DNA from: Ligilactobacillus pabuli
GTDB taxonomy: Bacteria > Bacillota > Bacilli > Lactobacillales > Lactobacillaceae
DNA length: 64,000 nt
NCBI RefSeq assembly: GCF_022836475.1
Contig: NZ_BQXH01000005.1
Span: 71,699-135,698, forward strand
Direction of reading: 5' to 3'
In this document: positions 37,111 through 47,103 of the stretch, in pieces
Position numbering within the stretch: position 1 is the first letter of the stretch
How the letters are laid out: each line of letters starts with the position of its first letter
Notes under the pieces: model-generated
Database searches by the model: none
Told to the model about the DNA's origin: nothing
Seen by the model: the letters and a program-made list of their open reading frames with translations, nothing else
Translations under genes and position numbers: made by a program

Positions 37111-38379
37111 TTAATCTTTGTAGAACGTATCTCGAACCGCATTAGTAATCGCAATCTTATCGTGCTGGAATGACAAACCACCCTGAATATACAAAATGTA
37201 TGGGTCACGTAACGGGCCATCGGAGGATAGTTCAATCGTTGAGCCCTCTGTAAAGCTCCCTGACGCCATGATAACTTGATCTTCATAGCCATCTTGGTAA
37301 CTTGGTTCTGGATCAACAAAAGCATTCATTGGTGAGTAATGTTGGATAGCAGCACAGAATTGAATCATTGGTTCTGGCTTACCAAAAGCAATCGTTTCTA
37401 CAATATCTGAACGTGGATCACTCCATTTTGGTGCAGCAACCATGCCCATCTTCTCCAATAAAGCTGCAGTAAAGACCATTCCCTTCAAAGCTTCCGCTGT
37501 AGTATGTGGAGCTAAGAAGAATCCTTCATAAAAATCACGCAAATAGCCGTATGTTGCACCTTCGTACTTACCAGCACCTGGTACGATCAATTGTGAGCCG
37601 CAGTCTTGAATCAAATCCGCCCGGCCAACGATATATGCACCAGATTTGGCGATACCGGCACCAGCGTTCTTGTACAGGGAACCAGCCATTAAATCTGCCC
37701 CAAAGAAGGTTGCTTCTTCAGTTTCAGTAAATTCACCGTAACAGTTATCAATGAAGATGATGGCTTGTGGTGCCAAACGTTTGGCCGTTTCCACCATCTT
37801 TTTAATTTTATCAAGGGTGAACGTTGCTCGAGTAGCGTACCCTAAAGAACGTTGAATCGTCACAACTTTGATCGTTGGGTCGCCAGCCAGATCTTTTTCC
37901 ACGTTTTCGTAGTCAACTTCACCATTTGGTAAGAGTTCAGTACATTTGAAGTTAATGCCACGTTTCTTCATGTTACCGGGTTTGTCGCCCGCTAAACCAA
38001 TCACTTCTTGAATCGTATCGTAAGGAGTCCCAGTCATATAGTATAAAGTATCGCCATAATAGAGTTGTGAGAACAATGCTGTGGCAATCGCATGGGTCCC
38101 AGAAGTCAACTGTGGTCGCACGAGAGCATCTTCTGTCTTAAAATAACCCGCATAAATTTTTTCCAATTTGTCACGGCCAATATCATCGTAGCCATAGCCG
38201 GTTGAACCAACTAAGTCCTCTTCAGCGACATGGTTTTCGCGGAATAAATTCAAAACGCGCTGTTGGTTATATAATGAAACCTCATTAATTTCATTCAACC
38301 GAGGAGCGATCATTTCGTCGACTTCGGCAATTTTTTGTTGTAGATCTGCTGGTAAATTTTCTTGCCAATTATGTTTCAT
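37111..38379 (-). CDS. PLP-dependent Cys/Met-metabolism family protein (YnbB / aluminium-resistance-protein type)
   Basis: 423 aa from ATG 38379 (AAAGGAG RBS); CGS/MGL-like fold. Confidence 0.7.
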   Translation of the reverse strand: MKHNWQENLPADLQQKIAEVDEMIAPRLNEINEVSLYNQQRVLNLFRENHVAEEDLVGSTGYGYDDIGRDKLEKIYAGYFKTEDALVRPQLTSGTHAIATALFSQLYYGDTLYYMTGTPYDTIQEVIGLAGDKPGNMKKRGINFKCTELLPNGEVDYENVEKDLAGDPTIKVVTIQRSLGYATRATFTLDKIKKMVETAKRLAPQAIIFIDNCYGEFTETEEATFFGADLMAGSLYKNAGAGIAKSGAYIVGRADLIQDCGSQLIVPGAGKYEGATYGYLRDFYEGFFLAPHTTAEALKGMVFTAALLEKMGMVAAPKWSDPRSDIVETIAFGKPEPMIQFCAAIQHYSPMNAFVDPEPSYQDGYEDQVIMASGSFTEGSTIELSSDGPLRDPYILYIQGGLSFQHDKIAITNAVRDTFYKD

Positions 38380-38617
38380 GTATTTTTTTCTCCTTTTCAT
38401 ATTAAACGAGCAGTTTGTGTCCAACCGGTGAAATTTAACTCACGTAACTGACACGGTGACGTCCGCTAAACTACATTAGCACCACAGAGATGCTGTCATT
38501 TCCAGTCTACCCATCTCATAGCTAATAAGCAAGTTTAGACTCCGTTAACTGCGGGTTACTTCCAATTTTAAGCACAAGCAAACCCCACAACTGCTCGCTG
38601 TGAGGTTTGTTAGTTTA

Positions 38618-39016
38618 TTATTTAGTTGCTTCAACCAAAGCAGCTACTTCTTCTAACTGCTTATCGTTTAATTCTGACTTAATTTTTGGTGCAAAGCCGT
38701 GCAAGAAAAGTGAATGATCACTGATTTTAACGCCGCTCTTTGTCAAAGCCTTGGTAAATTCTGTTTTGATTGAGAATGCACCGCCGGAAGTTCCAAACAT
38801 CACAACTTCGCCAACTTGGCTTGGATCGATCTTTTCAGCATACTTCCGTAAGGCTGAGTACATCTTACCGTGGACAGCACCACCTAAGTACAATTTATCA
38901 ACCTTATCTGGTAGCGGCTCTTCGATTGAAGCAGCTTGAACACCTAATTTTTCTCCCAATAAATTAGCGACTTTCTCTGTGTTCCCAGATTTTGAACAAT
39001 ATCTTACAGCTATCAT
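38618..39016 (-). CDS. Flavodoxin (short-chain)
   Basis: 132 aa from ATG 39016 (GAGGGGG RBS) with SKSGNTEKVA FMN-binding motif. Confidence 0.75.
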   Translation of the reverse strand: MIAVRYCSKSGNTEKVANLLGEKLGVQAASIEEPLPDKVDKLYLGGAVHGKMYSALRKYAEKIDPSQVGEVVMFGTSGGAFSIKTEFTKALTKSGVKISDHSLFLHGFAPKIKSELNDKQLEEVAALVEATK

Positions 39017-39340
39017 GAATATTTCCCCCTCGTAGAAATATGAAGCGTTTTTTATTACAAAACCATTATACGCTTTGCTCATTAATTAAATCAAATCTTA
39101 CTTTGGAAAAATTAAAATCTGTCTGAAAATGTAATCGATTTCTGATAATATTATTAGACATCAATATACTGTCTGTCCCAAAAGCACCCCCTGGACTACC
39201 TTGGGATCACTTTGCAAAATATTCAAAGCAACTGCCTTGGCCCATTTTCATTAAGATAACTTTTTGACTTCCTGTTTTAGTTCTGGCCATGCTTTCATCT
39301 ACAACCTTCCTCCATTCAACACCAATTTCCAAAAATCTCA

Positions 39341-39392
39341 AAAAAACACATAACAACATCAAATATCTAGATGTTGTTATGTGTTTTACTTA
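39341..39392 (-). terminator. Rho-independent terminator downstream of the flotillin gene
   Basis: AACACATAACAACATC..GATGTTGTTATGTGTTTTTTT on the minus strand. Confidence 0.6.
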
Positions 39393-39441
39393 ATCATACC
39401 TAAGCATAAAATCCACTAAATTCGTCGAACCTTTTCTTAGC

Positions 39442-40860
39442 TTACTGCTGATCTTCTCCATCATCGAAATAATCTTTAGCAGTTGGTGCTTGTTTTGGTT
39501 CAGCCTGAACTTGGGTTGTTTCCTTAGTTGGAACAGGTTCGTTCAAAGAAACTCGTCCATCGGCACGTTTGCCAACGATTTCTGCGATATCGATCCCCGT
39601 TGCTTGTTTGATGAATTGGCTTGATTGAACGAAACCAGTATTCATTTGGTCACCAACACCTTGGGCACCATCAAAAACCGTTAAGTTATCAATATTGGCA
39701 ATGGCTGAAGCATAAGCTGACATAATTTCTGGCAACTTATCGATTAGTTGCTGTTGCAAGGCCTTGTCATTTTCAGCCAGAGCCTGTGACATCATCCGTT
39801 GAGCATCGGCAGAAGCCTTCCCTTCGGCTTGGATCTTCGCTGCGTTAGCTTCCGCAGTTTGTCTAGTCGTATAAGCTTGGGCGTCAGCAGCTATTCGTTG
39901 TGACTGCGCGTCAGCTTCTTGGCTAGCAATCGTCGTGGCCTTAAATTTGTTTTGTGCGACAATAATTTGATTTTCAGAAACTTGTTGTTGCTGTTTAGCC
40001 TTTTCAATTTCTCCGGCTTGTTCAGCCACAGCGTTTTTCTGATTGACATCGGCATTGTATTCCGCCTTAGCCACGTTCGTATCACGCTGTGTTTGTGCGA
40101 TTTCTTTATCTGCCCGGGCTTTAGCCTGTTGAGCTTCCTGGGTATTTTGTGCTTCTACCAAACGAGCTTCTTTATCACGTTGGGCAATTTCTTTTCTGGC
40201 TTCTGCATCGGCTGAAGCTTGCAGCTTTTTGGCATTAGCTTGCTTTTCAGCAATTTCACCAGCAGACAATGATTCATAGTAGCCATGTTTGTCAGAGATC
40301 CGCGTAATTTGCAGACTAGTGATTTCCAACCCCATATTAGCAAAAGTTGCTTCAATCGAACGCACAACTTGAGTTTGGAAAGCCGAGCGGTCATTGGCTT
40401 CTTTTGGTGTTAATGATGATAAGACTTCACGCAAACCACCTTTAACCACTTCGATCATCTGTGCGCTTAACTCGTCATCTGACAAGCCCATGATTTTTTC
40501 TGCAGCGATGGCAATCAATTCTGGTGTTGAACCGATCCGTAAGACCGCGTTGACTGATGCATCTACTGGGACTGAATCAACCGTCATAATTTCTTCAACA
40601 TCAGCATTGATATTAAAGGTATCCAATGAATAAACATTGGCCTGTTGGATCACCGGGATCACAAAGGCTCCCCCACCTTTAACAACCTTCATGTGGGTCC
40701 CTAAATCGGCATTTTCCTGGATATTCTTTCCCTTCAGCAAACCACCAGTTACGATCAGGACTTCATTGGGTCCAACTTTCCGATACAGCATAGAACCAAT
40801 TACGATAAACAAGATGATCAGTACTATAATTGAAATAATTGTCACTAAAAAACTAGGCAT
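39442..40860 (-). CDS. Flotillin-like SPFH/band-7 protein (FloT/YuaG type)
   Basis: 472 aa with N-terminal TM, SPFH domain and a long Q/A/E-rich coiled coil; AAAGGAG RBS. Confidence 0.85.
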   Translation of the reverse strand: MPSFLVTIISIIVLIILFIVIGSMLYRKVGPNEVLIVTGGLLKGKNIQENADLGTHMKVVKGGGAFVIPVIQQANVYSLDTFNINADVEEIMTVDSVPVDASVNAVLRIGSTPELIAIAAEKIMGLSDDELSAQMIEVVKGGLREVLSSLTPKEANDRSAFQTQVVRSIEATFANMGLEITSLQITRISDKHGYYESLSAGEIAEKQANAKKLQASADAEARKEIAQRDKEARLVEAQNTQEAQQAKARADKEIAQTQRDTNVAKAEYNADVNQKNAVAEQAGEIEKAKQQQQVSENQIIVAQNKFKATTIASQEADAQSQRIAADAQAYTTRQTAEANAAKIQAEGKASADAQRMMSQALAENDKALQQQLIDKLPEIMSAYASAIANIDNLTVFDGAQGVGDQMNTGFVQSSQFIKQATGIDIAEIVGKRADGRVSLNEPVPTKETTQVQAEPKQAPTAKDYFDDGEDQQ

Positions 40861-41546
40861 ATTACCACTCCTTTAAAGTTTTACTACTTATTATTCTAGC
40901 AGACCGTGCTACAAAACTCCTATTAAACGTCCCAGTTAATAGACATATCCGATAAAAACCTAGGCTAAGCCATGATTTTTTGATACTAAAGTTGACCTGA
41001 GATGCTGGGCTTTTCGTTTCATAGTCTGATGCTTAAGGCGAAACTACTAAAGTATATTTTTAATATGTACTTTCAATGCTACATACTTTTAACCGACCAA
41101 ATTACCGGCCACTCCTTTATGGTATCGAATTCATTAGAAAGTTGTCAAACAATTTGATTGTGCACGATATATTATATAGATACTACTAGCATTAGCTTTT
41201 TATAACAGTCTATTTTCCTGCAGAAGCTGTGGACTTTTAGTGACAACTACCGCCGCAAAACAATTTCACAGTCTTGGCATTTCTTGTGAGATTGATTACA
41301 CTAGCTCTCTGTGTATTTATTTGAAGTAATAAAGCTTCTTAAAATTTTCCTAAAATGTAGTTCAATTCTTTATTAGTTAAAGGTTACTTAATTAGCTCAT
41401 ACTTTCTGTCAGACTAATTTTTCAAAGTCTGCAAACTTTCAGCAGATTTTTAGCCGAAATTATGCTATTCTTGAGTGAACAATACTTACTTGTTGTCAGC
41501 AAACTAGTCCGACAACCAAACTAACAATAAAAAGAGGTAATTTAAA

Positions 41547-42359
41547 ATGGTTAATCAATTTCCCCAGGTGCTGACAATTGCCGGCTCTGATAGTGATGGT
41601 AGTGCCGGCTTGCAAGCTGACATGAATACTTTTCAGCGTTGTGGAGTTTATGGAATGAGCGTCTTAACCGCCGCAGTTGCTGGTAATTCATATGGCATTT
41701 TTGCCAGCCACCCAATGCCGCTTGACTTCATCAACCAACAGTTCAAGGTTCTAACTGACGATTTTGTGATCAAAGCTTGCAAAACTGGGATGCTCACAGA
41801 CACAGCTACCATTAAAACTGTCGCCGACAACTACCGTCAATATGATTTAGGACCACTAGTTTTAGATCCAGTTATCATTACCAAACATGGTGACATGTTA
41901 CTTGAAGAAGACGCATTTGAAACACTCAAGTCTGAACTGATCCCACAAGCCACAGTGTTAACCCCTAACTACTATGAGGCCGTCAAACTAACTGGGACCG
42001 AAATCGACAGTCCGGCTGATGCCTTACAGGCTGCCCATATTCTCCAGAAGATGGGGGCTAAAAACGTCATGGTCAAAGGACGCCACACTTCGACCACTCA
42101 AGCCGAAGTTACTGACACCGTCTTATTAGAGGACGGAACTTCTTTTACTTTAAGCGCACCCTATATCAATACCACCCATATCAACGGAACCGGCGACCTG
42201 TTGTCCGCTTGCATCGCCGCTGAAATTGCCAAAGGAACCAGCATTGAAGCAGCCATTCGTCAAGCAAAGAAATTCGTCACGGCTGCAATTGCGGATGAAC
42301 TTTTCGTCGGTCATAAGTATGGCCCAGTCAACCATTTGACAGACTACAACTTCGATTAA
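41547..42359 (+). CDS. ThiD-family kinase (pyridoxal/pyridoxine kinase PdxK or HMP/HMP-P kinase)
   Basis: 270 aa with TIAGSDSDGSAGLQAD and the ribokinase-like fold. No TPP riboswitch upstream, which favours PdxK. Confidence 0.75.
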   Translation: MVNQFPQVLTIAGSDSDGSAGLQADMNTFQRCGVYGMSVLTAAVAGNSYGIFASHPMPLDFINQQFKVLTDDFVIKACKTGMLTDTATIKTVADNYRQYDLGPLVLDPVIITKHGDMLLEEDAFETLKSELIPQATVLTPNYYEAVKLTGTEIDSPADALQAAHILQKMGAKNVMVKGRHTSTTQAEVTDTVLLEDGTSFTLSAPYINTTHINGTGDLLSACIAAEIAKGTSIEAAIRQAKKFVTAAIADELFVGHKYGPVNHLTDYNFD

Positions 42360-42362
42360 ATC

Positions 42363-42412
42363 AAAAACTCACCAAGTACTGTTCAAATGACAGTCACTTG
42401 GTGAGTTTTTTT
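42363..42412 (+). terminator. Rho-independent terminator
   Basis: AAAAACTCACCAAGT..ACTTGGTGAGTTTTTTT. Confidence 0.7.
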
Positions 42413-42654
42413 CACATCCATTCCCATAGCTCTGGACTAATTTTTAACTGCTAACAATCAGTTAATTCTGGTTGCAAAAGCGGACAGGACTAGTTGGAAA
42501 ATGCTATAATAGTTCAGTATTACTCAGCAATGAAGTTGTAATTTTTTCTTATTATCTAATCAAGGGTCTTGTACTTGCTGAGCTCGCGCTATATAAAGAT
42601 TGCAGGGGCATTGCTCAAGTTATTGATTCATTATATGAAATGGGAGTACTTATT

Positions 42655-44724
42655 GTGAAATTCTTTAAACCAACTAAATCAACTGACGATTCAACTAGAG
42701 TTAATAAATCACGAATTCCGAACCGGTTAAACATCCTGTTTTTTATCACCTTTCTGTTGTTCGCCTTACTGATTGGCCGGCTCGTGCAGCTGCAAATTAT
42801 CCAAGGTGATCGTTTTCAAAGTGAAATTACCAGTGGTGACATTAAAACCGAAACTAGAAATGTCCAACGTGGGATGATTTACGATTCAGCGGGTAAACCG
42901 TTAGTCGCAAACAACACTACTCGGGCCATTAGTTACTCTAAGCCACTCAATGTCTATCCGAAAACGATGCATTCTGTTGCAACTGATTTGGTAAAATATG
43001 TCGCAATTGACGACGAAGCAACAACCAGTTCCATGCTGATCAATTTTTATTTGGCCAAGCATGAAGATGACGTCAAAAAACAAATTCCAAACGTCAATAA
43101 AATCACCGACGATAAGAAATTGGCTCAGTTAGAATTTGACTACGTTAAACAGCACAAACTAACTGAAAACATGTCCGACCAACAAAAAAAAGCTGCTGCC
43201 ATCTATAATAAGATGAACAACGCCTATTCATTATCGACCATTTATTTGAAAACTAAAGACGTTTCTGACGAAGAAATGGCGCGGATCGGTGAACACCAGT
43301 CTGATTTGCCCGGAATTAAAATCACGACCGACTGGACCCGTAGCTATCCAAATGGCGATTCGATCAAGAATGTCGCCGGAACTGTCACCTCACAAAAGCA
43401 AGGTTTGCCAAGCGAACGAATCAATGAATTACTCGCCCAGGGCTATTCCCGAGATGACAACGTCGGTTCCAGTTATATTGAATCTCAGTATGAAAACATT
43501 CTGAAGGGAACCAAGGAAGCCATTAACGTCGAAACCCAAAACGGCAAGATTTTACAGCGAACCAAGCAGTACGGTGGAAAAGCTGGGGATGACATCCAGC
43601 TAACAATCAACTCCAAGTTCCAAAACCATGTGCAAGACATCGTTGAAAACGCGGTTAAATCTGGTTCCGGTAATGGTAACCCGCTGATGACCGGGGGCTA
43701 TGCCGTGGTCATGAATCCCAATACTGGGGGAATTTATGCTTTAGCAGGAGTTGACCGGGATAACAAGACTGGCAAATTAACCACTAACTCACTGGGACCA
43801 TTGAACCAAACCATGGTAATGGGTTCAGTTGTCAAGGGTGCGCAAGTCATGGGTGGTTTGCGTTCTGGCGTCATCACCCCGACAAATAACACTCTGACTG
43901 ATATTCCAATCAAGCTAGCCGGAACTGCCACAATTGCTTCCATCTTTAACCAAGGTGGGAATAATAACATGGTCCTTTCAGCCGCTGACGCTTTGGAGGT
44001 TTCCTCTAACTCGTACATGATGCAATTAACCATGAAAGAAGCTGGTTTCCATTATGCACCAGGTGTTGGACTAAACATGCCAGTCTCAATTTTTGATAAA
44101 CTACGCTCTAACTTTAACCAGTACGGCTTGGGGGTTAAGACTGGGGTTGACATTCCTGGTGAAGCACCCGGCTTTAAGGGTGGTTCGACTCAAGCAGATA
44201 TTGGGAAAGCATTGAACTTATCTTTTGGTAACTACGATGCCTACACACCAATTCAGGTGGCACAATATATGTCAACAATCGCCAATGGCGGCTACCGGAT
44301 GCAGCCACACGTTCTTCAATCCGTGCGCGGTCGAGGTAAAAATGGCAAACTAGGGCCAACTCGTTACGAATTCCAACCACGAGTTCTAAACGTCGTTCCG
44401 GGAACTAAGGCCCAATGGGATATCGTCCATCGTGGTCTCTGGCAAGTGGTCCACGGCAATAACCAATGGCGGACTGGCCGCCGATTGGAAACACTCAAGC
44501 CGGAAGTTTCCGCTAAGTCTGGTACTGCCGAAACTATTACTAATGGTGCTGAAACTACCACTTTAACGGCGGCTAGTTATGCTCCATCAGATAATCCACA
44601 AGTTGTCATCGCCGTTGCCTATCCTGGTTCAGGTTCTACCAATGAAGGTTTCAACATGGATTCTGTCAAATCTATTTATGATGCTTTCTGGAAAGACGTT
44701 ATGTCGAGCGATGAATTTAAATAA
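42655..44724 (+). CDS. Penicillin-binding protein 2B-type transpeptidase
   Basis: 689 aa from GTG 42655 (GGGAG RBS). N-terminal TM, dimerisation domain, transpeptidase SxxK/SxN/KTG motifs. The longer track ORF from 42472 has no RBS. Confidence 0.8.
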   Translation: MKFFKPTKSTDDSTRVNKSRIPNRLNILFFITFLLFALLIGRLVQLQIIQGDRFQSEITSGDIKTETRNVQRGMIYDSAGKPLVANNTTRAISYSKPLNVYPKTMHSVATDLVKYVAIDDEATTSSMLINFYLAKHEDDVKKQIPNVNKITDDKKLAQLEFDYVKQHKLTENMSDQQKKAAAIYNKMNNAYSLSTIYLKTKDVSDEEMARIGEHQSDLPGIKITTDWTRSYPNGDSIKNVAGTVTSQKQGLPSERINELLAQGYSRDDNVGSSYIESQYENILKGTKEAINVETQNGKILQRTKQYGGKAGDDIQLTINSKFQNHVQDIVENAVKSGSGNGNPLMTGGYAVVMNPNTGGIYALAGVDRDNKTGKLTTNSLGPLNQTMVMGSVVKGAQVMGGLRSGVITPTNNTLTDIPIKLAGTATIASIFNQGGNNNMVLSAADALEVSSNSYMMQLTMKEAGFHYAPGVGLNMPVSIFDKLRSNFNQYGLGVKTGVDIPGEAPGFKGGSTQADIGKALNLSFGNYDAYTPIQVAQYMSTIANGGYRMQPHVLQSVRGRGKNGKLGPTRYEFQPRVLNVVPGTKAQWDIVHRGLWQVVHGNNQWRTGRRLETLKPEVSAKSGTAETITNGAETTTLTAASYAPSDNPQVVIAVAYPGSGSTNEGFNMDSVKSIYDAFWKDVMSSDEFK

Positions 44725-44726
44725 AT

Positions 44727-44765
44727 TAAAGTCGGTCTCCGTTAATGGGGGCCGGCTTTTTTTCT
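44727..44765 (+). terminator. Rho-independent terminator
   Basis: AAGTCGG..CCGGCTTTTTTT. Confidence 0.6.
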
Positions 44766-44794
44766 AGCTACAATGCTTATATTTTCCAGTGCTA

Positions 44795-45080
44795 CTTTAC
44801 CTAAGTTCAACCAGCAATCTCATTTGCCGGTCCTAGTTCGCCTAAGTTCAACCACCAAATCCAGTTGCCGGCGCTACTTCGACGAAGTTCAACCACCAAA
44901 TCCTGTTGCCGGTGTTACTTCGCCTAAGTTCAACCAGCAATCTCATTTGCCGGTCCTACTTCGACGAAGTTCAACCAGCAAATCCTGTTGCCGGTGTTAC
45001 TTTGCCGAAGTTCAACCACCAAATCCAGTTGCCGGCGCTACTTTGCCGAAGTTTAACCACCAACGCAAAAAACGGCTGCT
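44795..45080. repeat. Tandem array, 41-bp unit, 7 copies (family D)
   Basis: AAGTTCAACC recurs at 44803, 44844, 44885, 44926, 44967, 45008 and 45049. Unit AAGTTCAACCACCAAATCCAGTTGCCGGCGCTACTTCGCCT. Junctions form quasi-palindromes ACTTCGnCGAAGT. Confidence 0.9.
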
Positions 45081-45120
45081 GTTCGCTGCTAATCAGTGAA
45101 CAACAACCGTCCGTCAAAAT

Positions 45121-45831
45121 TTATTTCTTTTGAAATTTCTGGGCCAGCTCTATCGTCTGATCAACCAGGATCGATTGTGCGTCTGTGACTGGGTATTTCA
45201 CATAAGGCTCCCGGGCCTGGGCCAATGATAGTTCTGTACAACCCAAGACCACCGTATCACACCCCCGTTCCTCAAACATCTGGTTTAAGATACCATGATA
45301 CAAGTCGCGGTCGACGTGATTTTTTTCCTTCACATTATCGTAAATCAACTCGTTAGTTTGTGCTTGAATGGCATCATCTGGTAAGACTAACTCGTAGCCC
45401 GCTGCTTGAATCTCATCATCATAAATATGGTCAGCTCGGGTCCCCGCCGTTGAAATCAAGCCAACTCGCTTCGCTTGTGGCAAATGCTGACCGATCCACG
45501 CCACAGCCTCACGCGGCATGTGCAAAATGGGAATGTCTGTGACAGACGCCAATTCGTCATAAAAATAATGAGCCGTATTGCATGGTAACGTGAAGAAATC
45601 CGGTCCAAGTGCCGCCTGCTGCTCGAAGTCTGCCCGCAATGGTACGAGCGGGTTAGGCTGGTCGTGATCCAAAATATAGGCCGTCCGGTCCGGCACCGTC
45701 GCATGGTTCACCAAGATATAGTTCAAATAATCTTGGTCCCGGGCAGCTGGGGTGCGCTCATTGAGCTGGTGCAGATAAGTTTCTGTTGCCTGCGTCCCCA
45801 TTCCACCAATAATCGTAAAGAAATGTTCCAT
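45121..45831 (-). CDS. racD: Aspartate racemase
   Basis: 236 aa Asp/Glu racemase family with two conserved Cys; adjacent to a D-Asp ligase. Confidence 0.8.
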   Translation of the reverse strand: MEHFFTIIGGMGTQATETYLHQLNERTPAARDQDYLNYILVNHATVPDRTAYILDHDQPNPLVPLRADFEQQAALGPDFFTLPCNTAHYFYDELASVTDIPILHMPREAVAWIGQHLPQAKRVGLISTAGTRADHIYDDEIQAAGYELVLPDDAIQAQTNELIYDNVKEKNHVDRDLYHGILNQMFEERGCDTVVLGCTELSLAQAREPYVKYPVTDAQSILVDQTIELAQKFQKK

Positions 45832-45840
45832 GACTTTAAC

Positions 45841-47100
45841 CTACCCTTTGTTTTGCTGGAAGAACTGGGCAAAATTCTTGGTGTAATTATGATTCATCCA
45901 CTTGATCAACGCCCAGCGCTTGGGATTCATATCATCCTTGTATTCGTATGTCGTGCCCACTCGATGGTCCTTGATCAACTTCAAGGCAGCCTGTTTGTCG
46001 GGATTATTTCTAGCATACTTCTTGAACACTTTCACCGGAACACCTAACCACAAATGATGGTTTGAAGTATTATCATTTCCGTAAACGCATGGTGTCTCAG
46101 CCAATGCACCAGTCACGTAATCTTGCACAACATAGTCTGCCAAATTATAACCGTTCAGCGTGACAAAAAAGCTGCTGCGACCCTGACGCAAGTTGATTTC
46201 AAATAACTTGTACTGCTGGTCGCGGACATCATATTTCATATCAAAGTTAGCATAACCAGTAAAGTTAACGGCTTCTAGGAAAGTCTTGATTGTTTGATAA
46301 ATGTCTTCGTTATATTCTGGCAAAATCGCAACATAATTTCCAATGGCTGCTGGTGCTGGATCTTCTAGTAATGGATGACCCAGGCACATCATCTTAACCT
46401 GATGATTTTGATCAACATAAGCATTCAAAACGCGCATGTTGCTATCATCACCGGGGATAAAGTCTTGTAAAATGAAATCAGATTGGTAGCCGTTTTCGTA
46501 GGATAAACGTAAAATCTCGTTAAACTCCTCCCGACTTTGAATCCGAAAAGCTTTTTTACGTCCTTCAAAGTGGACATCCAACCATTCCACACTATTAGTT
46601 GCCTTAAGTGCAACTGGATAGTCAAATGGTTGTGGGACTTCGGTTGGTGCTGCTTCCCATTGTGTCCGGCTGATAATTTGCGTCTTCGGATAAGGCAGGT
46701 CATATTTTTCACAAATTTCGTAAAAACGTTCCTTGTTATTCAAAGTCTTCAATAAATCATAATCGATATATGGACAAACAAACACGTCCTCTAACTCAGC
46801 TTTATGCTGCGAGATCAGTTCTGCGTAGCCATCGCCACAGCCAATCAAAATCACGGGTTCTTCGTGGTCTCGATATTTTTCTTTGAGTTTGCGCATCGTT
46901 TCGATCCAGACTGGGTCCTTGTCAAAACCAGCGATGATTTCCACGTTAACGATCTTAGTGAAACGTGTTGGTGCTAATTCTGCAGCTGCATAAGCCTGAA
47001 CCGGCCGTTGATATTTTTGATAAAATGAGCGGGCCATCCCGTAAACGTTAAAATCGCTTCCTAGTAGGACCGGCGTAAATTCAACTTGTTTTTCTGTCAT
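45841..47100 (-). CDS. D-aspartate ligase (ATP-grasp; adds D-Asp to the Lys side chain of the peptidoglycan precursor)
   Basis: 419 aa ATP-grasp protein resembling Aslfm/AslA, between racD and murE. AAGGAGAG RBS; 1-nt gap from the murE stop. Confidence 0.8.
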   Translation of the reverse strand: MTEKQVEFTPVLLGSDFNVYGMARSFYQKYQRPVQAYAAAELAPTRFTKIVNVEIIAGFDKDPVWIETMRKLKEKYRDHEEPVILIGCGDGYAELISQHKAELEDVFVCPYIDYDLLKTLNNKERFYEICEKYDLPYPKTQIISRTQWEAAPTEVPQPFDYPVALKATNSVEWLDVHFEGRKKAFRIQSREEFNEILRLSYENGYQSDFILQDFIPGDDSNMRVLNAYVDQNHQVKMMCLGHPLLEDPAPAAIGNYVAILPEYNEDIYQTIKTFLEAVNFTGYANFDMKYDVRDQQYKLFEINLRQGRSSFFVTLNGYNLADYVVQDYVTGALAETPCVYGNDNTSNHHLWLGVPVKVFKKYARNNPDKQAALKLIKDHRVGTTYEYKDDMNPKRWALIKWMNHNYTKNFAQFFQQNKG

Positions 47101-47103
47101 TGT

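Noticed and set aside
38380-38617. Possible S-box (SAM-I) riboswitch upstream of ynbB (GGTGCTAATG and CTTATTAG..GAG fragments)
   Set aside because: No closing P1 partner (GATAAG), no GGAGGGA/GGCCC core spacing and no expression-platform terminator. The resemblance is superficial.
42472-42654. 61-codon N-terminal extension of the PBP2B ORF
   Set aside because: It overlaps the pdxK terminator and has no RBS. A GGGAG SD precedes GTG 42655, which gives a typical MKFFKP.. start.
44773-45133. ORFs of 108 and 75 aa inside the 41-bp tandem array
   Set aside because: Reading frames are generated by the repeat periodicity (proline/leucine-rich repeats), with no RBS. They are artefacts.
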